From the IMG/VR virus record IMGVR_UViG_3300031853_000021, positions 1 to 64,000 of that record: DNA of 64,000 bases. One strand, given 5' to 3'. This stretch comes from a virus. Lineage: Duplodnaviria; Caudoviricetes. Numbering within the stretch: the stretch's first letter is position 1; every line of letters begins with the position of its first letter. Below, piece after piece: positions 17,454 to 25,148 of this stretch. The notes under the pieces are model-generated. The model saw nothing but the letters and a program-made list of their open reading frames with translations. It had not been told where the DNA came from and ran no database searches. The position numbers and the translations under genes were made by a program.

Positions 17454-17954
17454 TTAGTCAGCAATAAATTCCACGTGTTCCGGGCGGCCGCTCACATAGT
17501 AGCCACTTGCCGTCTTGTACATGACGCCTTCCGGCGTTGTGGCCTTCTGTGTCACCCTTCTTTCGTCGAATTTGGTGACGCCGCAGACGGTGTCGGAAGA
17601 AAAAGACGGCGCCCTGTGCAGGCGAAGCTTTCCGTCGAACACGCGGCGAACCACGCCGGTCACGCTTTCTTCTTTGATCCCGTCCGGCTCCTGCTCCTGG
17701 ACTTCCTGTTCCTCTGCAGGCTTTTCGTCGGGCGCCTCCTGCTGCTGGCCGCCTTCCTGCTCCTGTGCGGTTTCGCCGACTGCTGCCGTCTCTTCCTCCT
17801 GCTGTTCTCCCTTTGAATCCTCGACGGGTTCCGGGTAAATCTGAACAGCATCTTCGTCGTACACGCTCATGCCGTTCTTGTCCGCTGCCTTCTTTGCGCC
17901 GTCCAGTGTCTTGTATTCCTTCGCGCTTTCGAAGTCATAGCCTGTGTAGTACAT
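17454..17954 (-). CDS. Acidic-linker protein with possible cell-wall-binding (SH3b-like) C-terminus
   Basis: Conserved N- and C-terminal blocks shared with 54690-55145 around a variable Glu/Gln linker. Confidence 0.6.
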   Translation of the reverse strand: MYYTGYDFESAKEYKTLDGAKKAADKNGMSVYDEDAVQIYPEPVEDSKGEQQEEETAAVGETAQEQEGGQQQEAPDEKPAEEQEVQEQEPDGIKEESVTGVVRRVFDGKLRLHRAPSFSSDTVCGVTKFDERRVTQKATTPEGVMYKTASGYYVSGRPEHVEFIAD

Positions 17955-17986
17955 TCTTGTCCTCCTTCTTTAGTGGTGCCTGGCGG

Positions 17987-18238
17987 TCAGTTCGGCTCGT
18001 CGTACTCGCGGGCGCGGTCAGAATCTGACACGCCCTTCGTCGTCGGATCTACGACGACGCCCATGATCACCAGCACGGCGAACAGTGCCTCGATGATAGC
18101 GGTCAGCTGTGCATTGATTGTTTCGGTGTCGATCTGGAACCCGAACAGCGCCGCGACTGCCCTGATCAGTGTCAGGACCGCAGGGATGAATGCAAGCCAG
18201 AACCATTTATTTTTAATCCTTACCTTCCAGTTGATCAT
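17987..18238 (-). CDS. Holin (phi LC3 family)
   Basis: MINWKVRIKNKWFW...GVVVDPTTKGVSDSDRA. Confidence 0.92.
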   Translation of the reverse strand: MINWKVRIKNKWFWLAFIPAVLTLIRAVAALFGFQIDTETINAQLTAIIEALFAVLVIMGVVVDPTTKGVSDSDRAREYDEPN

Positions 18239-18298
18239 GATTCCTCCTGGTTTTTTTAATACGCGGAAGGCTTGCCCGGCCTCCCGCGTCTGCCTCGT

Positions 18299-18628
18299 TT
18301 ATACTGTTTTCTTTCCCGGCGCATCCGGCCGAATCTGCAGAAGTGATTCCATCCGGTCGACCCGCTTGTGCAAAGACTTCATGCTTTCTTCTGTCCTGAT
18401 CGTCCGCTCGTTCACGCGCTCCATCTCCTCTTTGTGGGATTTGATGTCCTGCTTTACCTCGATCAGCGAATTCTGGATGATCTCCAGCTTTGTCAGGATT
18501 GCACTTTCCTGCTTTCCGACTTCTTCCGCTTCCTTGCGGTCGTCTTTCCCGGATACTTTATTCCCGTTGTAGATCGAAAACAAAAGCGCCAGCACAGAGA
18601 TAACAACTGCGGCCCACTGTGGTGTCAT
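18299..18628 (-). CDS. Membrane-anchored coiled-coil lysis-region protein
   Basis: N-terminal TM helix then coiled coil ending HKRVDRME; homolog at 56966-57295. Confidence 0.7.
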   Translation of the reverse strand: MTPQWAAVVISVLALLFSIYNGNKVSGKDDRKEAEEVGKQESAILTKLEIIQNSLIEVKQDIKSHKEEMERVNERTIRTEESMKSLHKRVDRMESLLQIRPDAPGKKTV

Positions 18629-18631
18629 TCT

Positions 18632-18883
18632 TCATGTCCTCCTGAGTTTGTGTTCTATTCTGTCCAGCTGCCTGTCCGCGTCTTCCCGCGCCCGGCGCAG
18701 GTCTTCCCGGATAGCTTCTTCCATTTTCGTCCGTTCGATCAGTTCCGCCTGTTTCCGGATGATCCGCGCCATCGTGTCTGTGACTTCGCACATCATGTCC
18801 ACGACTTCCAGCAGTCCGCCGGAGCCGCCATCCCACGGCGGCGTGTCCCTTTCGCTCATGCTTTCCTGATCCTTTCCTGTCAC
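18632..18883 (-). CDS. Hypothetical coiled-coil protein
   Basis: Highly similar to 57300-57551. Confidence 0.65.
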   Translation of the reverse strand: MTGKDQESMSERDTPPWDGGSGGLLEVVDMMCEVTDTMARIIRKQAELIERTKMEEAIREDLRRAREDADRQLDRIEHKLRRT

Positions 18884-19020
18884 TCTTCCTCTTCGACGAT
18901 CAGCTCTTCCATGCCGCTTTCGATCAGGATCTCGCGGACCTGGTCTTTAAGAAGGCGCGGAACCTGCGCGAATGTCTTCTTTCCCAGAATGATCTTCTGT
19001 GCCCATAACATGGCCATCAT
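18880..19020 (-). CDS. Small XkdX/CD1375-like phage protein
   Basis: MMAMLWAQKIILGKKTFAQVPRLLKDQV. Confidence 0.75.
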   Translation of the reverse strand: MMAMLWAQKIILGKKTFAQVPRLLKDQVREILIESGMEELIVEEEE

Positions 19021-19067
19021 CGTGTCGACCTCCTTTCCATAGAATAATTGCATTAACGCCCGCCAGA

Positions 19068-19451
19068 TCATTCATACACCACTTCAGACATTTCCATGAT
19101 GCACTCTTCCAGCATGGCGATCTGCTCTTTCTGCTCGCTGACGATCTTCGTCAGCTGCGCCCGCGTCATCGCTTCTTCTTCGGGCGCTGGCGGATCCGGA
19201 TCCGGATGCGTGTCGTCCATTCCGTACTGCCACCACTTCGCGAAGTCCTCTTCGATCTCCTGCGCCGTCGCGGCCTTGCCGTCAGGCATGAAGAACTGTA
19301 CTTCATCGAACCGGTACATCGTCCGATCCGGCTGATCCTCCTGTTTGTACGGCTGGATATTGTCCGCAAGACGGACGAATATCTTCCCGCCCGGCAGATG
19401 TTCCAGTGTCACCTTCTGCGGCTTCTCTGCCGCGTCGCTCTTGTAATACAT
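19068..19451 (-). CDS. Conserved phage protein downstream of RT
   Basis: MYYKSDAAE...IAMLEECIMEMSEVVYE; near-identical copy at 57745-58128. Confidence 0.75.
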   Translation of the reverse strand: MYYKSDAAEKPQKVTLEHLPGGKIFVRLADNIQPYKQEDQPDRTMYRFDEVQFFMPDGKAATAQEIEEDFAKWWQYGMDDTHPDPDPPAPEEEAMTRAQLTKIVSEQKEQIAMLEECIMEMSEVVYE

Positions 19452-19470
19452 GCAGCCACTCCTTTCTTTT

Positions 19471-20694
19471 CTACTGGTCCAGCCGCTGATAAAATGCATT
19501 TATTTCCCTGGCGGTCCGCATCAGGTCATCTATGTGATACTTTTCAATCAGGCCGTCTGAATCCGTTTGAATGACATAGCTGTTATATGAGATAATCTTC
19601 CGCGCTCTATCTCGCCGCAGCGTGCCTGTTTCTGTCAGCTCCCTGTATCCTCTAATGAATTGTCTTCTTGCCCTCCGGAAGACGCGCCTGCGGATCGTGA
19701 TGTGCGTCCTGCTTATCCTGTATCCCGCCATGTCCAGCATCGGAACGCCGCGCTGCGCTTTTCCCGGAAGGCTTCGCCGTCGCTTTTCTTCTTCGATTGT
19801 CAGGATCTTGCTGATTCCGGATGTCGTCTTCAGTTCAATCCCCATTTTCTCCCGGAAGTATTTATCCAGATGCTTCGTCGCCCGTTTCATCCCTTTTATG
19901 GATCTGGACATCAGCGCGAAGTCATCCATGAAGGTGACGGTGCGGATCACGTACGGGATCTTCTTCCCGCGCCGCGTGGTTCCCTGTGCATACAGGTCGC
20001 GGATCGCGTAGGACATCGCGAAATTGAACAGCCAGGCATCGATGTACCCGCCGATGATCAGATGCCCGTCCGGCGCGATCCGTCCCAGATATTCCAGCAG
20101 GACGATCGCGGCCTTCGCTTTCGGGATCTCCTTCTTCAGGATGTCCACGCAGACCTGATACTTCAGCGTCGCGTATGCGTGGACGACGTCCGTCTTCTGG
20201 ATGTACCTGACGCCGACCGTCTCCTTCAGAAGGTATCTGTGCGCCTGATCCTTCAGCAGCGTCTGACCGCGTCCCGGAATGCTGGCGTGCTGCGTCGGCA
20301 GAAGCCGCGCGTTGATCAGCGGTTCGATCATCAGCTTTTCGATGTGTCCGATCAGCTGATGCAGGATGGACAACAGTGCGATGTCCCGTGTCTTCCCTGT
20401 CATGCCGTCCGGACGCTGGCGGATCGTCGGCGGCTCCATGTCGTCCGGTTCGATCCCGTATTCGACCAGATCTTCCACGACGCCGTACAGCATCAGCCCG
20501 ATCGAATGGATCGCTTCTTCCTTCACACGTCTGGATCCGGACAGATCGTCGATCAGGATTTCCGTCCTTCCGATTCCGGCGTACTTCTCGATGAATACCA
20601 GAATGTCGCGGTGCTTCCATTTGCTTTTGAAACATTCTTCGACTGCTTCTTCGCATAGCTTCAGGGACAGCTTCCTGTATCTCTTCGTGTGCAT
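19471..20694 (-). CDS. DGR reverse transcriptase (copy 1, 407 aa)
   Basis: RT blocks QHASIPGRG, YIQKTDV, GHLIIGG, TFMDDF, LDMAGYRI; adjacent TR/VR pair. Confidence 0.93.
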   Translation of the reverse strand: MHTKRYRKLSLKLCEEAVEECFKSKWKHRDILVFIEKYAGIGRTEILIDDLSGSRRVKEEAIHSIGLMLYGVVEDLVEYGIEPDDMEPPTIRQRPDGMTGKTRDIALLSILHQLIGHIEKLMIEPLINARLLPTQHASIPGRGQTLLKDQAHRYLLKETVGVRYIQKTDVVHAYATLKYQVCVDILKKEIPKAKAAIVLLEYLGRIAPDGHLIIGGYIDAWLFNFAMSYAIRDLYAQGTTRRGKKIPYVIRTVTFMDDFALMSRSIKGMKRATKHLDKYFREKMGIELKTTSGISKILTIEEEKRRRSLPGKAQRGVPMLDMAGYRISRTHITIRRRVFRRARRQFIRGYRELTETGTLRRDRARKIISYNSYVIQTDSDGLIEKYHIDDLMRTAREINAFYQRLDQ

Positions 20695-20699
20695 AATTC

Positions 20700-20885
20700 T
20701 TTATTTTGTGAAGCGGCGTTCGGTTGCGGTCTGACCTTAAAGCAGATCCGGCCTTGTTACTACTTGCCGCACGCGCAGCCCACAGCTGCGTGTTCCCCTT
20801 TCGAAGATTCCGGTTTTACTGATTTTTGCTTGCGCATGGATATGCAGACGCACATCAGCAGACTTTCGCCTGCCTTCATGAAAAT
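20700..20885 (-). ncRNA. DGR TR-to-RT spacer, structured RNA
   Basis: Sense-strand hairpins GCAGGC-GAAA-GTCTGC and GCAGC-TGTGG-GCTGC, plus AAGTAGTAA...CCGAACGCC before the RT start. Confidence 0.55.
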
Positions 20886-21029
20886 AAGTCGCGGACGGCT
20901 GTTCCAGTTCGCGTTACCGGGCGTGTTGTTGCCATTCTCGCACGCCAGCCCGGCATTCGCCCCGTTGTTCAAGTTCGCGAACCGCCACGGGCAGCGAACC
21001 CCGGCGGAGCCGGTACCGTTGAAGGCCGA
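20886..21029 (-). repeat. DGR template repeat (TR), copy 1
   Basis: Aligns ungapped to 21131-21274; rich in AAC/AAT codons (reads SAFNGTG..FANLNNGANAGLACENGNNTPGNANWNSRPRL). Confidence 0.95.
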
Positions 21030-21068
21030 TCCCGCGCCTGCATACCCTGTTTGTTTATAGTTACATCA

Positions 21069-21103
21069 GGGGACTTCCCCCTCTGGACGTCTTACGACGT
21101 CCA
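21069..21103 (-). other. Hairpins 3' of VR (DGR homing cis-element)
   Basis: Perfect 8-bp stem TGGACGTC-loop-GACGTCCA (21084-21103; sense loop GTAA includes the stop codon) and GGGG-4 nt-CCCC (21069-21080). Confidence 0.75.
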
Positions 21104-22801
21104 TTCACCCCGCTTTTTACCCGCTCCACAAAGCCGCGGACGGCTGCGCCAGCTCGCGTTACCGGGCGCGTTGTGGCCATACTCGCACGCCAGCCCGGCA
21201 AGCGCCCCGCTGTCCAAGGACGCGAACCGCCACCGGCAGCGAACCCCGGCGGAGCCGGGACCGCTGAAGGCCGACTTGAAGTAGGTCGTCGCTGATCCGC
21301 CGACCTCTTCCGGGAACAGGACGCCCTTCTTTGTCTTCATGAAGGACTTCACATAGTTCCAGCCGGATTTCATTCCTTCGTACAGCAGGCCAGTGTCTTC
21401 GTAGTTCGATGTCACGGATCCCGCCAGATTCTGACTGTCGCGGCATTCGTAGATCGAATAATCCCAATCAGACACAGCGTTCGCCGTGACGGTATAAAGC
21501 GGATCCAGGCCGACCGCATATGCGCCGTCCAGGACTTCCACGCCAGCCACACGAAGCGGCGACGTTCCATCCGTCAGCCCGTGCGGGCATCCGTCCTTCC
21601 TTCCCGGAAGAAGTTCTGTCGCGCCTGAATGCCACGGCATCGTCGAAATGTATGTCGTCGCTGTCGTGGTGAATGCGCTTTCCGTCTCTATGCCGACCGC
21701 TGCCAGTTCGTCGCCGTCGATCGTGACGGTTTCGATGGAACTGATCTTGACCAGATCCAGAATGTTCCGCATGTGTGCCTGTCCTCTGTCCTTGTTCGTG
21801 GACGATCCCATGTCGCCGATTGACACGGTCGAACCGACGATCAGGTTCGCGGCCTGCGTCGTCGACAGGATCACGCGCTTCACATTTTCTTCTGCCTTCG
21901 CTACCTGGTACTGTCTGTCGTAGCTGATGCAGCCGTTCGCGATGTTGCTGTTTTCCAGATCGAAGTGCCGCAGCTGCCACATCCGCAGGATCCATCTTGT
22001 ATCGCAGTCATTCCACAGTCCTTCATAGATCGTCATCTTCCGCGCCGCTGTGATGCCTGCGGTCGCGCTGGCGAAGTTGTACGGCCTGATGCCTGCGCCG
22101 GATGTCAGTGCGCCGCTGCTGTTCAGTCCGCCGGGGAATGAAGGATGCCATGTCAGCGCCCGCTTCGTTCCGTCCGGTGCGACATCCCCGGCGTCCGGAT
22201 AGAATCCCGCGCCTTTGGTCGTCCTGAAGCTGATGAAATTGAATGAACCGTCGTTCCATTCCTTGATCCACAATGCCAGCGCGAACGTCCAGACGGGCGC
22301 GTCTTCGCCTGTGATGTCGAAGCCGTCTTCGCCTTCGAAGTATGTGATGTTCATGGTTCCATCTTCCAGGGACATCGCATTCGCCCGGATGTACCATGTC
22401 ATCGGATCTTCGTCCGCCCAATCTTCGACGGCGGCATCGGATGCCGTGCACAGCTGCGCGGCGCTCTTTCCTTCCAGATCGTCCAGCGGCGTCATCGCCG
22501 TGTTTCCGGATACTGCTGCATCATAGCTTCGCAGCGTGTACGCCTTGCTGTTCCACGCCTGCGCCGCTGCTTTTGCGAATCTTTCAAGGATCTTATATTT
22601 GCTTGTCTCTCCTGCTGCCGCTGCGCGCGGATAGAATTCCCAGAAGACGCGCGTGGTGTTCGTTCCGTCCAGGACGCTTTTGCACGCCGCGTCAAGGACA
22701 GCCGCATCAGATGACCCGCCGTTCAGCGCGATCGATTCCAGCGCGGCGGCGATCCGTTCGTGCTGTGTCCACGAAGGGAAAATCAGATCCATGTCTGCCA
22801 T
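21092..22801 (-). CDS. DGR target protein (putative receptor-binding protein, C-terminal C-type-lectin-fold VR)
   Basis: VR encodes the last ~60 aa (FASLDSGALAGLACEYGHNAPGNASWRSRPRL); lies at the distal end of the tail operon. Confidence 0.9.
   Translation of the reverse strand: MADMDLIFPSWTQHERIAAALESIALNGGSSDAAVLDAACKSVLDGTNTTRVFWEFYPRAAAAGETSKYKILERFAKAAAQAWNSKAYTLRSYDAAVSGNTAMTPLDDLEGKSAAQLCTASDAAVEDWADEDPMTWYIRANAMSLEDGTMNITYFEGEDGFDITGEDAPVWTFALALWIKEWNDGSFNFISFRTTKGAGFYPDAGDVAPDGTKRALTWHPSFPGGLNSSGALTSGAGIRPYNFASATAGITAARKMTIYEGLWNDCDTRWILRMWQLRHFDLENSNIANGCISYDRQYQVAKAEENVKRVILSTTQAANLIVGSTVSIGDMGSSTNKDRGQAHMRNILDLVKISSIETVTIDGDELAAVGIETESAFTTTATTYISTMPWHSGATELLPGRKDGCPHGLTDGTSPLRVAGVEVLDGAYAVGLDPLYTVTANAVSDWDYSIYECRDSQNLAGSVTSNYEDTGLLYEGMKSGWNYVKSFMKTKKGVLFPEEVGGSATTYFKSAFSGPGSAGVRCRWRFASLDSGALAGLACEYGHNAPGNASWRSRPRLCGAGKKRGEWTS
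21131..21274 (-). repeat. DGR variable repeat (VR), copy 1
   Basis: 15 substitutions at TR adenines (A to G, C and T) and 1 non-adenine difference over 144 nt. Confidence 0.95.
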
Positions 22802-22816
22802 TTTCTTGTTCCTCCT

Positions 22817-23623
22817 TTATGCTGTGATCTTTGTCAGTGACATGTGCGGGACGCCCCGCTGCGCGTAGATCGCATACGCATATTTCACATCGTTGTCGCT
22901 GTCGTAGATGTACGACGCTTCATTGATCTGGCTTGCGATCTCCACGGCTTCGTTCGCCTTATTCAGGACGATCGTCGTGTTCTCCTGCCGCGTGTTCTCC
23001 GCTGTGACGCGTCCGTTCTCTGCGGTCACGCGGGCGTTCTCTGCTTCGACGCGGGCGTTCTCTGCGGTTACGCGGGCGTTCTCTGCGGTCACGCGGGCGT
23101 TCTCCGCATTTGCGCGGCTTGTCTCTGCGCTGACGCGCCTGTTCTCTGCCGTCTTTCTGGCGTTCTCTGCGGTCACGCGGGCGGCTTCCGCTTCCGCGTA
23201 TGCCTTCATGGTCGCGTCGAACAGTGACATTTCGTCGCCGGATATGATGGCGTCTTCATCCTTGACGCACGGTTCGATCTCGATTTCGAACGTGCAGGAC
23301 GTGATGACTTCGGTCATGTCCCCGGACTTCACTTCGATTTCTGCCAGTGCTGTCCCCGCTGCCGCCAGCGTCTGCGACGTCAGTTCCATCGTGACGACAG
23401 ACCCGGAAAACGTGCACGGCGAATATGCCCGCTTCAGATCCGGCTTCTTGATGTAGGCCGTGACGTTCGATCCGGGCGGGATCTCATATTCTTCGCCCTG
23501 ATTCAGCAGCTGGATTTCGACGTACCGCGTCGCCCTGTCGTGCTGCTTCGCCGATACCTGATACTGCTTCGTAGATCCTGACATCTCGATCTTCAGTCTT
23601 TTGATGACCCTGTTCAGGCTCAT
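22817..23623 (-). CDS. BppU-like baseplate/fibre adaptor with heptad coiled coil
   Basis: AKQHDRATRYVEIQL N-terminal domain; tandem AENARVT repeats. Confidence 0.75.
   Translation of the reverse strand: MSLNRVIKRLKIEMSGSTKQYQVSAKQHDRATRYVEIQLLNQGEEYEIPPGSNVTAYIKKPDLKRAYSPCTFSGSVVTMELTSQTLAAAGTALAEIEVKSGDMTEVITSCTFEIEIEPCVKDEDAIISGDEMSLFDATMKAYAEAEAARVTAENARKTAENRRVSAETSRANAENARVTAENARVTAENARVEAENARVTAENGRVTAENTRQENTTIVLNKANEAVEIASQINEASYIYDSDNDVKYAYAIYAQRGVPHMSLTKITA
22985..23182 (-). repeat. 21-bp coding tandem repeat (AENARVT heptads)
   Basis: Repeated GCGGGCGTTCTCTGCGGTCAC-like units. Confidence 0.85.
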
Positions 23624-23639
23624 GTCTGCATCCTCCTTT

Positions 23640-25148
23640 CTACAGTCCTAATTTTTCTATGATCTGCGCGATCGTGACTGTCTCCCCGTTCGGCTTCTCA
23701 AATTCGCACGTCCCCCGGAAGATCGCATTGAATGCGAAGTCCGCATAGTTTTCGCGCGTCGCTTTCGACCCGAAGGCCACGCCGCGCCCTCCATGCAGGA
23801 AGTGCATCAGATAGACCGCCGTCGACACGAAGTCGATCACCGTCACGGTGTTGAACTGGTCTTTCAGGACATACTTCACATCGTAGGAAAATTCCGTGTC
23901 CAGATCTCCGCCGCAGACTGCCGTCTTCCCTTCGCCCGGACTGATCGTCTTCGGTGTTCCGTATGTCCAGTTGCTTGTCAGCTTGTAGGCCACGGTCAGC
24001 GTCAGGCTGTTCTTCCCGTTGCACGTGCTGTATGTCGTGTCGGTCATCGCCAAAAAATAGACGCCTTCGTTCTCGATGGATCCGTCAGATCCGCAGCGCA
24101 TCGAATCGACCGACAGCGTCGGCGGATCATATTCGACGACCGTGATCCGGGCGGACTTCTCTGCCGTCCTGCCCCGCTGATCCTTGACCGTCACCGTGAT
24201 CGTCTTCACCCCGTAGTCTTCGAAGATCTTCGACGTCGGAAGTGACGTCGGCGTGCCCGTGTATGTCTTGTCGTCCACTTCCATCGCGACAGATACGATC
24301 GCGGATCCGTATGACGGCGTCACGCTCACGGCGGACAGGCCGACGTTCGACTGTTCTTCCACGAACATGTTCCACGATGCCGGGACGCGCCCGGCCTTGT
24401 CTGCGACCGTGACCGAATTGATCACCGGCACGCAGTCGTCCGGAACTGTCACTTTGATCTGTTTCGTGATAGTCTGATATACCTGTGTCCCGAAGATGCT
24501 TTCGATCTTCAGTGTCATCCACCCGAACGTCGAATCCGGAAGTTCTTCGTTCCACAGCTTCGGGATCTTGTAGCTGTTCGTGATCCGCGTCGCCTTCGCA
24601 GCCAGTTTCTTCGTGTTGCTGTATGTCTTATTCTTTAGCGTCCACGTGAACCTGTATGTCGCATCCGTCGTCAGTTTAATCGATGCGGAACTGTCGCCGC
24701 TTTCTACGTTCAGCGGGACTGATTCGTTTCCCGTGATCTCGATGTCTGACGCGCCCGGATCCCATTCGTAATATGTCAGGCGTCCCAGATCATAGAATGA
24801 CCGAACGCATTCAGACGGATCCGAAACAGGATTCGCTCCGTACTTTATCGTGAAGAATGGTTTGTTGATTACCAGCTTTGTCCCGATGTTCAGCGTGGCC
24901 TTCTGGACATATGTGACCCCCAGCACAGTCTTCTTTGCTTTGATCGTCCATCTGTACTGTTTCCCGTCGATGATTGTTACTGTAGGGAAGTCATCCGGCC
25001 CTACTGCCAGCGCCCACATATCATCGGGGACGTTCAGCGCGATCGATGTGATCGTCGTTGTGTCGCCTGATACGCTCCCCGACGCTGTCGCCGCTGCCTG
25101 AAATACCGAATCGGCTGTGATCGGAACGCTGAATGTTTTATTTGCCAT
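23640..25148 (-). CDS. Minor tail/baseplate protein (DUF859-like)
   Basis: VTVKDQRGRT, YDPPTL, RCGSDG, GRGVAFG C-terminus; position after the Tal-like gene. Confidence 0.7.
   Translation of the reverse strand: MANKTFSVPITADSVFQAAATASGSVSGDTTTITSIALNVPDDMWALAVGPDDFPTVTIIDGKQYRWTIKAKKTVLGVTYVQKATLNIGTKLVINKPFFTIKYGANPVSDPSECVRSFYDLGRLTYYEWDPGASDIEITGNESVPLNVESGDSSASIKLTTDATYRFTWTLKNKTYSNTKKLAAKATRITNSYKIPKLWNEELPDSTFGWMTLKIESIFGTQVYQTITKQIKVTVPDDCVPVINSVTVADKAGRVPASWNMFVEEQSNVGLSAVSVTPSYGSAIVSVAMEVDDKTYTGTPTSLPTSKIFEDYGVKTITVTVKDQRGRTAEKSARITVVEYDPPTLSVDSMRCGSDGSIENEGVYFLAMTDTTYSTCNGKNSLTLTVAYKLTSNWTYGTPKTISPGEGKTAVCGGDLDTEFSYDVKYVLKDQFNTVTVIDFVSTAVYLMHFLHGGRGVAFGSKATRENYADFAFNAIFRGTCEFEKPNGETVTIAQIIEKLGL

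Larger units (their letters stand above)
20120..23377. repeat. ~3.26-kb direct repeat, copy 1 (RT 5' half, TR, target gene, BppU-like 3' part)
   Basis: Identical translations in several frames and matching spot checks against 58797-62054; first mismatches at 20119 and 23378; not verified base by base. Confidence 0.88.

Noticed and set aside
19068-19451. 127-aa gene after RT as Avd
   Set aside because: It lacks the basic four-helix character of Avd and looks like the usual late gene preceding XkdX-like peptides; kept only as an untested helper candidate
19471-20694. RT as a retron, group II intron or Abi/defence RT
   Set aside because: An adjacent TR/VR pair with adenine-specific differences defines a DGR; I saw no VTG retron motif, msr-msd, maturase/endonuclease domain or interrupted host gene
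20760-20972. 70-aa ORF over TR (MNNGANAG...)
   Set aside because: Its open frame simply mirrors the VR coding frame; there is no convincing RBS, and TR functions as RNA
22985-23182. Possible CRISPR array or non-coding repeat
   Set aside because: Units are contiguous 21-mers without spacers and encode a coiled coil; no cas genes are present
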